From the human T2T-CHM13v2.0 reference genome, Homo sapiens, in the NCBI RefSeq assembly GCF_009914755.1, contig NC_060932.1: a DNA stretch of 64,000 bases; one strand, written 5' to 3'. Made by a program: the position numbers and the translations under genes. The notes beneath the pieces are model-generated. The model saw only the letters and a program-made list of their open reading frames with translations, was not told the origin of the DNA and did not search any database. Positions 31,869 through 47,609 of this stretch are shown piece after piece (position 1 is the stretch's first letter; every line of letters begins with the position of its first letter).

Positions 31869-32937
31869 TTATGTATCAGGCAAAACTTATATGTTCCACA
31901 TTTGTACAAAGCACATTTCTAGAAAGCAAATCCATTAAGTTTTTATCAGCTTCCATTATAAACAACATGGTGCATGTTTTTAAGATGTAAATAATCTGGC
32001 AGAAAACTTTTGCTTAGAAAGCAAATAGACAATGACGAATCTCATGTGGCTCTGATCGTCGCTATTCTATTTATATATTTTTTCCTTTAATAATTATAAT
32101 TATCATAAACACATACCTTTGATGACAGTGTAAACTGCTACAAACTTTTAGAAACCTGAAACATTTTTCTTTAAACTGTCAGTTGCTTGCTAATAGCTTC
32201 TGAGCACCGTATTTTCACCATACTGGGAGTTATTGAGAGGAGACATGTCAAAGCCCAACACAGTTGTCACCTCTTTACGAAGCTAGAGTTCAAGCAGTTG
32301 AAACAGATTTATAGAAATATCCTTTATTCTACTGATTTATTATGTCCCAGCAAATACAAGTGCAAAGTAAATGTCCCAAGCGACTCATCTTTTGCTATTA
32401 ATGGCTTTCAATAAAAATAAGGTATGTGTTCTCAGGGTATGAATAATTCAGGCAGAGGATTTTTGCTTGGAATGGAATGAGACAAGGTAATGCTTAGTTT
32501 CCAGATATCCCAGTATTTTTCTGTAAGAAGGAAGGAGAACATGATCTTGAAGCCCTGAGGCTTCAGAAATCAGACATCTTCGGTTTAAACCCAGCTTCAC
32601 CATTTATTGGTTGTATGAGCTTGAACAAATGGCTTAACCTTGCTAGGCCTCAATTTCCTCATCTACAAAGTGACAGTGATCACCTTACCCATCTCCAAAG
32701 ATTAAGTGAGATGATATGGGAAAGAACCTTGGCCAGGGCCTAGCACTTAGTAACCAGCTTTTATCCACATAGAGCCTGCATTGCTGTAATTTTCCTCTGA
32801 AGCACTTTTACGACTCCAGGATCATATCAATCATGCATTCCTTTCCCTGTTTTTTTTGGATGACAGAAAATCCCATGCCTGGAGACACTCTGGTATAACA
32901 AAACTCCCTATACTCCCCCTGCCCCTACCCCTCCGAC

Positions 32938-33241
32938 TTTTTTTTTTTTTTTTTTTTTTTTTGAGACGGAGTCTCGCTCTGTCGCCAGGCTGGAGTGCAG
33001 TGGTGCAATCTCGGCTCACTGAAACCTCCGTCTCCTGGGTTCAAGTGAATCTTCTGCCTCAGCCTCCTGAGTAGCTGGGACTACAGGTACCCGCCACCAC
33101 GCCCGGCTAATTTTTGTATTTTTAGTAGAGATGGGGTTTCACCATGTTGGCCAGGATGGCCTCCATCTCTTGACCTCGTGATCCATTCGCCTCAGCCTCC
33201 CAAAGTGCTGGGATTACAGGTGTGAGCCATCGCACCCAGAC
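32938..33241 (-). mobile_element. AluS (Sc-like) SINE
   Basis: Reverse Alu with T-tract. Confidence 0.88.
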
Positions 33242-33894
33242 TTCCCCGCTTTTTCCTTTGTTTTTTTATGCACTAGTAATGGTGGGCCATGTTACCACAT
33301 GATGGCTTCTCTTTCATATATAATACATTAAATATATATATAATACATACATATAATACATATATATATAATATATCTATAATATATATAATACATCAAT
33401 ACATTAAAGGCTTCTCTTTCATATATAATACATTCATATATAATGTTTGGAGTTCTGAAAATGCTGAAGTTTCAGACATTTCAAAAATAGCTCTTTTCTT
33501 AAAAAAAATTAGATATACAAGGTTGTGTGTTGGAGTTGGTTTCCATGGGAAGGTGACTCTGAGATGGAGATTTGCACAAGGAGTACTTTGGGGATCAATG
33601 CCTGTGAGACAGCAGGAAGCAGAATTGGGCCAAAGGAGAAGCTAAGCTATGATACAGTTGCAACAAAGGCCTCAGCCCATCCAGGCCAACTTTGGAGCAG
33701 GGATGGCACTAAAGAGTTGTTCTCAATTGTCAAAAAGGGTCCAGGCATTTATAGCCTGACCTTAAGCAGTCATTGGATGCAGGTTGCCAAGGGGAGGGGC
33801 TATCACCAGGTTGGTGGGTGGGGGGCAGGCGGGGGGCACAGTGAGGAACCCTTTCAACTGAGGACAATTGTGGCAGTGGAGGGTGGGGAGTGGT

Positions 33895-34790
33895 ATTGAA
33901 GAAAAACACAGAGCTGTTAAAGCAGTAAAAACAGATTTTATTCAAGACTATTACCAGTTCTATGGGGTCCAGAAGTAGCAGAGAGTGATTAAAAGAGGAG
34001 GGAGAACAGGAAGAAACAACAACCCTCCTGCTTTCCCTGCTGGGGTTAGGTCTGAGCTCACTCAATTCAAACTTGGAATTGAATGAGAAGCTGAAGTTTT
34101 GATATTATGTTACACTGGACACTTGGATACCTGGAAATCACATTGTTAATACCTGTAATACCCGAATGTTCCTGGGGAAGCCATGGGATCTTCCCTGGAT
34201 ATTAACCTGGGGTAGGGAAGAAAAATATAACAGAATTTAAAGAAAACAATGGGGAAAAGGAATTTGCTTCCTTTCCTACTTTATCGAATCCAACTCATTT
34301 CATTAGCCGGTTTCTCCCAATAAACCTTCATTATTGTGCAAACTGCATCTCAGTTATATACAACCTGAGATAACTTGATTGACAGTGATTCTTTGTGACT
34401 TAATTAGAAAGCCAATGAAGATTCTTTTTTAAAAAAAAAAAAAAAGTCTACTGCAATAAGGGAAAAGAGACTAGGATAGAACTGGGCTCAATTCCAAATG
34501 CAGCCTGGGCAAGTGGGAATGTATAGCCAGGACGCAGGGTGAAGGTCGGTGGATGGGAATTACTAAGAGGAAACATCAGGGGTAAGGGGAATTCTGCCTG
34601 AACCAACTGAGCAGACACCACCTGGGAGGTGGGGAGGCTAAGGAACCTGATCAGATATCAAGGATGGGGGACTCTTATTAATGGACTTAGCAGTGTTCTT
34701 GCGAAAACTGGATTTTATAAGGAAGTGCACAGATGGGCCTAGGAAGGTTCAGGAGCCTGACTAAAGTTTGGTCTAGCAAGGAATCTTCAG
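33895..34790 (-). mobile_element. ERV1 MER4-group LTR (MER31/MER67-like) inserted in the ERV-L LTR, itself interrupted at 33955-34445
   Basis: Minus-strand GACCAAACTTTAGTCAGGCTCCT..CCAGTTTT..AAGAA..CTGCTAAGTC motifs; TTTATT poly(A) signal near the left end. Confidence 0.55.
33955..34445 (+). other. Orphan poly(A)-tailed insertion of unrecognised origin
   Basis: ~475 nt unique-looking sequence plus A15, flanked by degenerate repeat AAGACTATTAC/AAGTCTACTGC. Confidence 0.6.
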
Positions 34791-35380
34791 TAGGGAATCC
34801 AGCTGAGCTGTCAGTTTTCAACACTTGCAGTGGCTGGTGGAATGATGCTTGGGCCCTGAAGGAGAGGATCTGGATGGTGTACCTCAGGCCCCACTGCAGT
34901 CCACCCCTGTACCACTTGGACTCTTCTGCTTTGTATGTAGAAGTGAATGAGATGAACTACAGCCATGCCACTGTAGCTGGTCCCAAGTAACTGATCCTGA
35001 TGGCCTCCTTTCCCTGCTATTCCTTCTAGATTTCCCTTGCCTTCAGCTAACATCTCGGCTGATCTGGGTGGCTTACCTGCGGGTGTGACCAGACCCTCAT
35101 CTGAGTGGTCTGAGCTCCTAGAGACGCTGCCCTTTGTCTAGTCTGTTGCCTTTGTCTATTTACCTTAAAAACTGGGCAAATGTCACTGCTGTGGTGGGTC
35201 TTAGACTCTCAGCATTTATTTCCTGCCCTCTTGAGCATGTGTGTCTTACCAAGACCTCCCCCATCCTTGCCACTTCTTGTTCATCTGGTCTGATTAACAT
35301 GATGCCATCAATACAATGAACCAACGTGATGTCCTTTGGAATGTCTGGACAGTCCAGATCACTTTGACAAATATGTGCTA

Positions 35381-35831
<451 letters not shown>

Positions 35832-36628
35832 TCAGTGGCAGCCTCCAGTGTGCCTGAGACCAAGCTAGCTGGCTCTAATTCAGATCCAACTTCTGACCCA
35901 GCAGCTACAATTGAAATAACACCTTTGCAGGAGTCCACTATCATCCCGCAGGATGCATCTAGCCTTTGGAGGAGGCAGATGAGAGAATTAAGTGGAGTCA
36001 TGGTCAAGAATCGTGCTTTTAGGCCTTTAAGGGTAGCACTAGTCTCTACTGTCCCCCCAGGGACACAGTATTAATTTAGTTAACCATGTTGGCTGTGGGG
36101 AGGTGGCAATTTCAAGAGCTTCCTCTTGGTCTTACCCACTACACTTGCTCTTACTTCACAAACCAAAGAACCAACGTGGGTGCTCAGTGACTTGCCAAGT
36201 ATACCCACTCAAATTGTACATTTGGACTGGAGAAGTGGCCACTAGGTTCTTCTGTGGACCCCATGGAAACATAGTGAGCCAGACTCGATTTATTACCTGG
36301 TAACTCAGGTCCCAAATCTACCGGCAGGAACATGTCAACCCTTCAGGTCTTAAATATCAATGATATGTTGGACCCTATGTCCAGTAATCCTTGAAATATT
36401 CAGCTGTCTCCCTTTCCCCTGGGTGTAATTACCTGAGTAAATGGCCATAGATCGCTTTGGGAAAGGACTGGGGAAATCACTGCCAGATATGTTTACCATG
36501 GTGTCGCAGGACCTTCCTCCTGGGTACTCGGCCTCTCTCTCAGTCAATGTGTTCTGAGTTTGAATATGGGCTTAGTTCTGAAAACTGAGCAAGGGATCTT
36601 TACTTTGTATTGGGTTAGCTGCCCTTAA

Positions 36629-36991
<363 letters not shown>

Positions 36992-37039
36992 AGTATGCCT
37001 TATTTTTTTAGCCATCCCAGCTCTAGATGGGCCACTGCT

Positions 37040-37150
37040 AAGATGATCACCATCCTGGTTTGCAGAGACTGTCCCTGTTTTAACATTGAACATTCTACCT
37101 CCCTGGAAATCCCTCAGCCCTGGGAAAACCAGAATGGTTGGTCACCGTGG
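37040..37150. mobile_element. MER81-like hAT MITE
   Basis: ~110 bp with degenerate inverted ends CACCATCCTGGTTT / AAACCAGAATGGTTGGTCACC. Confidence 0.55.
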
Positions 37151-40100
37151 GCTCCCCCAAGCCCTCCTAGGACACAATATTACTTTGCCACTAATTATAA
37201 TAATTGCATGGATCTTACTTCTGTTGGTTAAGCACTATCTGTCCTTTATTCTTTTAGGATTCTCTCATTACCAGGAACCCAGTTTGGTTACTACATCTCC
37301 TACCACTAGCTGTGGTCTTCAGAGGAGGGCTACCACTGAGCTTCTCAGAAATACCAGCACCCTAACACCAGAGCATTTCTTAGTACTTTGCTAGATAGAG
37401 TTTCCTCTCTGCAGGAGGTTTTCAGGCCTTAAAAGTATATCCATTCTAGCATGTCCTCTTCTCGGATATTTTGACTCCTTCCAAATCTGCCACCATGACC
37501 TGGCATTCTGTCACCTGGTGTTGGCTAGGCTTTCTCAGAGCTTCCCAGGACCATTCTAGCAGTATGGCAGCACCATCTTTCACAGTCCTTGCCACGATGT
37601 TAAATCCCACATTATGATAGCGTGCCCCAGTGCTGATAAGCACTACCTCAGCCAGCTTGACATTCTGATCCTCTGGACCCAGCACTCTCAAGATCCAGTC
37701 CTATTCCTTCTTGCTTCTGACTGTACGTGCAGACTGTGCAGACCATGTCCCACACCCAGCTCACTTGGTGGATAATGCTATTCCTTCCTTGCTGGACCCA
37801 GGACTTCCCTGTCTGAGTTACATTGTGACAAACCTCGTAGCTCCTGATCTAGTGCCAGGAGGGAGGTGGAGGAAAGTCCTGGGGAGAGAGAGTTACAAGG
37901 TAGAGGCCTCTGAGTCATCTTGTGAGCGTGGGGAGGAGAACCTGGAACAGGGAGCTGTGGGCTGCGTCTGCAGGCCCTGAGGGCTCCGAGTTATCTAGAG
38001 ACATTGGCATAGATATCCCCACTGCATCTCAGGGCCCCATTTTTTCTCATTAGATCCTGACTTTGCCGCAGCAGTTCTGCTCTATTCGGGAATGTAAATT
38101 TCTTGAGAATCTGGCTACTTTTATGATTAATCCTGGTCCTTATCCTCAGCTCTATCTTCTCTCCTGGCTTCAAGAGTTTCTTGTATGCTGACAAGAGGCC
38201 CTCTGGCTTTCACATTTAGCCTTTAATTGCTGATAAAACACCTTCAGCCTCTTATCATTGAGGGTCTTTTTTTTTTTTTTCCTGTTCAAAAGGATCTGTT
38301 TTCTCCAACAACAGCCATCCAATTCTATTGTGTCTATACTACTCTGTCCACAAGCTTAGCCTGATCTATTGCTCCCACCTGGTGTACTATCCCAGTTCAC
38401 CACTGGGGACAGTGTCAATTGCATTGGTGCACATGACAGGGACTGCTGTTGCTCTACCTGCCACCAGTGATGGAGTTCTCAGAGTCTCTTTCCTAAGGTC
38501 ATTCCTGGCACCAACTGTCACAGGTTAGGTTTCTGGGGAAACGGACGTCGAGATGGAAACTCACTGGGGGAAGGGGGGAATCTCAAGATGAACAACCTCA
38601 GAAGGGAAAGAAGCAGGACTGGGCAGAGGGAGAAGGTGGCCTGTGTTACAGTTGCAACAAAGGCTGTCAGTGGATCCCACAGGGATCTCTGGAGCTGGGA
38701 TGGCCCTGCCTTGCAGCAAAGGGAAACAAGCATTTATACCCCTTCATTGACCAGTCACTGAATGCAAGGTGCCCCAGGAAGGGAGCATAACCTTTAGCCA
38801 GGTAGCTCTCTTTGTGGGGTAGGGGTGGGGACACACGACACTCCCAGCATCTCTGGGCATGAGGGCCTCCGTCCCAAAGAGGAAATTTGGATAATGCATC
38901 CCAGCCTTGTGCCTATTGAATGTGCGGAACATGAGGGAAGGCAATATTGAGGACACTTCTGAATTTAGAACTGGCGAGATCTTCCATTTCATTCACTTGA
39001 ACTAATGCATATTTGGTCACTGTGGATGTAATAGTGAAAAAGCCAAATCTCAACTCTAGAGGTGCTTCTGGTTTGGTGGGAGAGAATGGCCATAAAAAGA
39101 TCAAAAGGCCAATAATGTGGGGATTGTTGGCTCTACCCTCTCATTTTATAGAAGAGGAAACTGAGTCTCAAGGAGGCAAGATGACTTGACACAGTGTCTA
39201 AAATGAGTTGACAGCAGGTGTGAACTGGGACCCCAGCCTCGCAATTCTCAGGCTAGGGTCTTCACCCCAGCCCCACAGTGTCCCTGTTACGCTTTGAAAT
39301 TGTTCAAGGTCACTCACATTTTTAAATGCAAACAAAAGAAAATAATTAAAGCTAGAAGATGAAAGATTCCTCACTGCAATTCAGGAAAACTCACTTTATA
39401 AGTCTAGATTTTCTATTTGAGTTCTCATCATTGATTCAACTTGGATTCCCCTAATGGGGAATCTAATCTAATGATCCATTCAAAGATATTTTCTACCATG
39501 TTACTGAAAGCTGAAGAACTCTACTGGACAGGTAGATTAAAGGGGTTTAATCTGTTGACTTTCAAAATTTGTTTCATTCTGAATACTTGGATGGGGGACT
39601 ATCATTTTTGAGCATAGCCTATCTCTTGTTAGGAGAACAGGTCAGAACAATCGCTGCTTCCTGCTTTGTTGTGTGAACATTACCTGGAGCAGTTTTCCTG
39701 GTAATCTTGGCTGCCCTCTTGGAGAAGTGAGATCATGGAACAGTGGAGGTGTGAGAGAGTTTTGTGCTGTGGGCAATGACAGCTTTTCTGGATCAAGGTA
39801 GCAGAATCAGAAAAACATCCCCATGCAAATGCTGGCAGCATCTCAGAACAGTCTGGGTGGTCAGATGGGGCCTTGGCAAGCCCCAACCCGCGAAGCAGAG
39901 GGCTGTTGTGATAACTCTGCTGACATTGGCCACACCAACCTGCTGCTGAGATTTGGTTTGGGGTGAATCATCCCTATGGCTAGAATCAGCTCAAGCAAGC
40001 AAATTCACCCACTCATTGTTTTGTTCTTGTCTGCACGTTGCCAGCTTGGACAGAATCTAGGCTCCCTCTTTGCCAAGCTTGAGCTTTCCAGAGTCAACAC

Positions 40101-40409
40101 TGCCACTTCTGAAGGGATTCGAAGCAGCTAGAACGTAAAAACCTTTTCTTCTCGCCCAAGATACTTGAAATCCCACCATAATCAATCAATAGGCCTGGAA
40201 TGTCACAAGTGATTGTCCCTTCCTTCAAGCTGTTAACTTCTTCTGTGGTATCTTTCCTTCACCGCCCCCCAAAATTTTCTACCCTTCTCCATCATAGATC
40301 TCATCAACGTTTTAATTGAGTGCTAAGAATCTAAGAGTAAAAGCATCTCAATTTTAGGCTTTATTTTTTACTTATGGTCCAAAATGTGTATGTGTTTTTC
40401 CTGTGGTCC

Positions 40410-40632
40410 AAAATTTATATAATATATTACATATTAAATTACAGTTTATATATTTATAACGATGATAAATACATAAATAACATATTTAAATTATTATAAA
40501 TATATAAACTATATTTTATATTATATAGTATATAATAAATAAATAACATATTTACTATATCATTATAAATATATAAACTATATTATATAAATAGTATACT
40601 ATAAATAAATATAAATATGTAGTATGTATTTA
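40410..40632. repeat. AT-rich low-complexity tract
   Basis: Almost exclusively A/T, internal repeat of ATTATAAATATATAAACTATATT. Confidence 0.85.
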
Positions 40633-40752
40633 TTTGGGACCTGGTGTTAGCACTCAGCTGAGCTCCCACATTAAGTCCCATCAACATGTTAACTCCTTCT
40701 GTGTAAAGATGCCCCAACTTTCCCAGCTTGAGGTGTTCTCGCCTGAGTGTAG

Positions 40753-41110
<358 letters not shown>

Positions 41111-41955
41111 TATTTCACTCTTTTTATATCTTTCCCACTGAACTGAATTCCTTCCACTTACAATCGATCACATTACTCAGAATATTCTTATGACCTAATC
41201 TAGTCCTCAGCACTCTAATGACACTCAATAAATGTTTGTTGAATGCATGAACTTACAACAATGCCTGGCTCATAGAAAATGTTAAGCAAATGTGTGTTGA
41301 ATAAATAAGGAGGGAAAAAATTAGTGAGCATACACTGGACACAAAGTGGATCAGTCCCTTCCAAAGATTTGCAGAACTTGGATGAGAGAACAAATTAAGG
41401 CCTACTTATCATATGTCTAAATAATTAAAGCTACACAATAAGTTAACAAACAAACTGTTATATAAAATGTTCTCTCCTTCTGCCTTGACAAATACATCTT
41501 CGGAACCAAAAGTCAACAGATACATGAAAAGTTACATATTTTGTGTTACTAAAAGTAAGCAAAATGTCAAAGATGTCCAAGTCTAATTAATATTGCAAAT
41601 GTTTATTCTGTAGATAAGCTGATGATATTGGGATAAATAATAGAGGAATATGCATAATTCATAAATTATTATATATCTAGTCCATACCATTTTTTTTGCC
41701 TTCATTTCAGCAAAAGCACTGGAAGGTTTTGAGGGGGGGGTTATAATTTTTTAAATAATTTATTTTCTATTGATAGTAACACCAAATTGCATAACCCTTC
41801 TTGGATCACTGAAGTTTTTAGATATTTTTATAAAGAAATTAATTTCAAACTGGAGTGTAGCCATTTGTTGCAGGTAGTGGTTTACAGTGGCAAAAGTAGA
41901 AACAAATGGACCCATCATTATGGGGATGGCTGAATACATTTTCGCATAGTGGTAC

Positions 41956-42688
<733 letters not shown>

Positions 42689-43654
42689 GGTACCATATTG
42701 CAAAGCCACTTAAAAGAATCAGTAGGAGCCAGATCAGTTGACTTGGAAGAATTTCCATGAGGTATTCCTGAGAAAAGCCGTATATGAAGAAGCATGTATA
42801 ATCCATCACATTTCTGTAAAATAGACAATACCAAGAACTTATTCATGTGTGTGTGTATTTTTTACATATTTCTGTATGATTTATTTTAAAACGGACGAAA
42901 TCACATGATTGTTCACCCGGATTTTCTGTGAGTGTGGGGAAGGCTGGTGGTGGTAGTGACGCAGGTGTAAAGGAGATGCATTTATGAAAAGAAAAAGCAA
43001 AAACTGGTGAAAAAGAGTACTCCATGTTTGATTTGATCTCAACTTTTCAATATTTATATGAAAGACAGGAAATGAGAGGGATATTTACATCTATATTTAC
43101 TGATATATAGGTATGACAATAGATATCTAATTGTCCAAACAAGTACTGTGACATTGTTTTATTTCATTCACAGTGAATCAACAAACTAAAAACCTTGCCT
43201 CTATATGTGTGTACTTTTAGATAGATGATCAAGGAGAGAGATATGGAAAGGCATGTTCCAGGCCAATTAACACTAGTTCCCCCAAGGGACTGAAATAAAA
43301 GACAGAGCAAGAGAAAGACAGTTTTTGCTTTATACACCTCTGTTTTGTTTCACTTGTTCCAAAATCATGGAACAAGTAATATATTGCCTTTACAATTTGA
43401 GAATAACAAATCCAGATATTTTTAAAATTGCAAGTCCATTAGAGACCTGGGCTTCTGACCTGATACTGCCACCTACTATCTCTATTTCCTTGAGCTAGTT
43501 CTGTAACCTTTTCAATTCTCAGTGTTCTCCTCTTCAAAATGGGGATCATAGTCTCTGACTCATAAATAGGAAGATAAATAAATTCATCCAAGGAAAAAAG
43601 CATGGTACCCAGCAAATAGGAAGCACTTCATTAAGTGTTTGCTATTATTATTAC

Positions 43655-43962
<308 letters not shown>

Positions 43963-44344
43963 TGTTATTACTATTACTATCATTATTGCTCCTCCTCCTC
44001 CTATACTACAGCAAGAGCGCTTGAACCAGATGTAGGGGAGATAGCAGCTGGAGAGCATAACAGAGGCACTGACATGTGAGCAGCTAACGAGGCCTTTTAC
44101 AAGACATCTGTGACCACACGGCCAAGTAGAAGAAAGCCGTTAAAAGCATCAAGGTAGTTAGGTAAAGCTGAGTCTGAAGTAAGTAAAACATTGTTACAGG
44201 ATCCTTGGGGTGTCGCTTTTCTGGCCAGAAACCTCTGTAGCCAGTGGCGCCTTTGCCTGAGTTTTGCTCAGGCCCACTGGGCTCTTTCTGCCCACACGGC
44301 CTGGCAACTTATATGTATTTTTGTATTTCATGTGTACATTCGTA

Positions 44345-44352
44345 TCTATCTG

Positions 44353-44396
<44 letters not shown>
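44345..44396 (+). repeat. D8S1179 forensic (CODIS) tetranucleotide STR, allele 13: TCTA TCTG [TCTA]11
   Basis: Repeat counted directly; flanks match recalled primers TTTTTGTATTTCATGTGTACATTCG and (reverse) CGTAGCTATAATTAGTTCATTTTCA. Confidence 0.95.
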
Positions 44397-44397
<1 letters not shown>

Positions 44398-44662
44398 TCC
44401 CCACAGTGAAAATAATCTACAGGATAGGTAAATAAATTAAGGCATATTCACGCAATGGGATACGATACAGTGATGAAAATGAACTAATTATAGCTACGTG
44501 AAACTATACTCATGAACACAATTTGGTAAAAGAAACTGGAAACAAGAATACATACGGTTTTTGACAGCTGTACTATTTTACATTCCCAACAACAATGCAC
44601 AGGGTTTCAGTTTCTCCACATCCTTGTCAACATTTGTTATTTTCTGGGTTTTTGATAATAGC

Positions 44663-45104
44663 TGTGAAAGGAAAATAAAAACTTGGGCCGGGCGCGGTGG
44701 CTCACGCCTGTAATCCCAGCACTTTGGGAGGCCAAGGCGGGCAGATCTCAAGGTCGGGAGATTGAGACCATCCTGGCTAACATGGTGAAAACCCATCTCT
44801 ACTAAAAATACAAAAACAAAAAATTAGCCGGGCGTGGTGACGGGCGCGGTGGCGGGCGCATGTAGTTCCGGCTACTCGGGAGGCTGAGGCAGGAAAACAG
44901 CATCAACCCGGGAGGCGGCGCTTGCAGTGAGCCAAGATCGCACCACTGCACTCCAGCCTGGGCGACAGAGCAAGACACGGTCTCAAAAGAAAAAAAGAAA
45001 AAAAAAACTTGGTACCCCAGTTCCTTCTGCCAAAAGGAAACAATTAAGCTGAAAGCTGAGTCATGCAAGAAGTTGCCTTTTCTTTTGTCCCTAAGCAGAG
45101 AGCT
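44663..45104 (+). mobile_element. MER4-group LTR 5' fragment interrupted by AluY
   Basis: TGTGAAAGGAAAATAAA..CTTGG, resuming as TACCCCAG..GCCAAAAGGAAA..AAGCTGAAAGCTGAGTC after the Alu. Confidence 0.55.
44686..45007 (+). mobile_element. AluY-like SINE with short internal duplication
   Basis: TSD AAAAACTTG; duplicated GGGCG(T/C)GGTG(A/G)C in right arm. Confidence 0.88.
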
Positions 45105-45152
45105 ATTAAAAGTTATGGCAAAAACCGCGATTACTTTTGCACCAACTAAAAT
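45105..45152. mobile_element. MADE1 (Hsmar1 MITE) half
   Basis: ATGGCAAAAACCGCGATTACTTTTGCACCAAC = Hsmar1-type TIR. Confidence 0.75.
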
Positions 45153-46848
45153 AATAGCTGATGACCTAAGACATCTCTCTGCACTCACTTTCTGTCTCGG
45201 CTGTGCTTTTCACTCTTCCTCCTTCCTCCAAATGTTAGGAAAATGAGTCCAACAAGAAATACATCCATAAAGCAAAGGCATTCTGGTGACTCCTGTACAC
45301 ATCATGACTGTCCACCCAAAGCCTGGCATTGCCTCTAGGAAGTCCTTAAGACACAACTGTCAGTAATGAGAAAATCTAGACAACTTCAGTCAAATCAGCA
45401 GACATCATCCTTACCTCTTCTTTAGCCTAACCCTGGATACATACTTTTCCACGATAACAGTCAAGTTTATTTACACTGACTCTCTTGTAAATACCTAAGG
45501 TGTTTGTCTCTGTCTTCTACTAGACTGAGTTTCTTAAGGGAAAGGGACTTGTTCTCCTTTTAATCCCTACTGCCTGGCATAGGGCTCAATTCATAGTCAC
45601 CTCCTGGTAAATTCTTAATGGAATGAACACATTAATGAATGAATTTACAAAAACTTCTTCCAGGTACCCAGGACTAAATAGCCTGTTTGGTTTGTCTGTT
45701 TTTTTCTTAATAACATCCAAAGATGCTACCTCTCTCCTTCCTTTATCTTTATGAGGCAGTCTGGTTAGATGGCAAGGAAAAGAAAACGTGGGAAGAAGGT
45801 AAGTGAATTACACCAGGATCTGAAAGGAAACAGATAATGCTAGTGATTGTTCTTGTCAGCTTGTAATAGGCAGGATATAAATACACGTTAGAGAGGAGGA
45901 AATTCAAAACAGGTACAGGGAAGCAGGTTCAAAGCTTTGAAGACTAGTGTGTTCAGAACCTGCTTACTCAGGCAATTAGACCGTGTCATTGTCTTGAGAT
46001 AAAATTCTGTGAGCCCGGGAGCCCCACCCCTTCCTGCTCATTTCTTTAGAGAAGAAATTATCTTTCAAGGGGTGAGGTCTGGTTTAAGGATAAGTGCTTT
46101 CCCCTTTATCACGAGCCCAAGTTATTGGAGAGGAGTGCTGCCTTTCTTCTTGGTGGCCCCCAATCCCACCTTTTTTGCTAAACCTTAATTTTTGAAACAT
46201 TAATGAAACATAAAACCCCGGATTATAGCTTTCACTGGACCTACCATGAACTACTTAAATTTATCTTGTTTTTGTTAATGTAGTTGTTTTCATCTAGAAA
46301 AAAAAAAACAGTCGATAACACACAGATGGGTATTTTGAGTTCAGGAAAATGACTTCCCTTGTCCGTGGCAACTTGTAACCAAAGGACTCAAAGTCCTTTA
46401 TCCTGCTATCCTGTGAACTAGAGGGTAGCTACCGTAGACGACAAGATGGAGTGTGCAAATTGTGCTTCCTGGAACTCCAGGGGTTCGGAAGCCATCACTT
46501 TGCAAGGGAAACCAACAGCCTGATGCTGATGTCTGGTTAAACTCCACACCAGAAAGACAGGGTGTGCAACGGGAAATGGAGGGGCAAAAATCAAGTGCTT
46601 GGCTATCATGCAGCTAGCCAGCTTGACAAAATGCAGAAGGACGCAGAGAGAAATTCTTAAGAGCCCAGCCAGCTCCTGCAGACCTTATGGAGCTGCTCTG
46701 CACCTCCATGCATCCTGGTTGCCTGAGTTCTGTGTTCCAAATGTGGAAAATGCCACTGCCCCCTGTTCCTAAGAACTCCCAGGAAGAACTCTGCAGGCTC
46801 AGTCTTTTTTAACTGGCATGCAGAGTGCACATAATGGCTAGTGCACGA

Positions 46849-47275
46849 TGTCATGCACATCCGTGTGAAGAGACCACCAACAGGCTTTGTGTGAGCAATA
46901 AAGCTTTTTAATCACCTGGGTGCAGGTGGGCTGAGTCCGAAAAGAGAGTCAGCAAAGGGAGATAGGGATGGGGCAGTTTTATAGGACTGGGGTAAGCAGT
47001 GGAAAGTTACAGTTAAAGGTGGTTATCTATTGTCAGCCTATGAGGGGGTCACAAGGTGCATGGTGGGGAGATCATAAGACTCATTGTCCAGAAGAAGAAT
47101 GTCACAAGGTCGATCGATCGATCAGTTGGGGCAGGGAAGGAACAAGTCATAATGGAATGTCATAAGGTTGTTCAATCTGTTAAGACAAGAGCTGGCTGTT
47201 TCACTTCTTTTGCACTTTTGATTGCCTCAGGCCATCTGGATGTATATGTGCAGGCTTGGGCTCAGAGGCCTGACA
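46849..47275 (-). mobile_element. HERV-H solo LTR (LTR7, B/C-like)
   Basis: Minus strand starts TGTCAGGCCTCTGAGCCCAAGC; TSD CACGA/CATGA. Confidence 0.88.
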
Positions 47276-47311
47276 CATGAAGCAAAGCACTTGCTTACAT
47301 CTGTTTGCGTA

Positions 47312-47609
47312 TTTTATTTGTTTGTTTGTTTGTTTGTTTTTAGAGCTAGGGTCTTGCTCTGTTGCCCAGGCTGCAGTGCAGTGGCATGACTGTAGCTCAC
47401 TGCAGCCTTGAATTCCAGGGTTCAAGCAATCTCCCCAAGTAGCTACGACTACAGACATATGCCACCACTCCTAATTTTAAAAAATATATTTATATTTTTT
47501 AGAGACAGGGTCCTGCTATTTCCCAGGCTGATCTCGAACTCCAGAACTCGGAGGCCCTAGCCATCCTCTCAAGTTGTTGAGATTACAGGTGTAAGCCACT
47601 GCACCTGGC
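47312..47609 (-). mobile_element. AluJ-like SINE
   Basis: Diverged reverse Alu with (TTTG)n tail. Confidence 0.8.
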
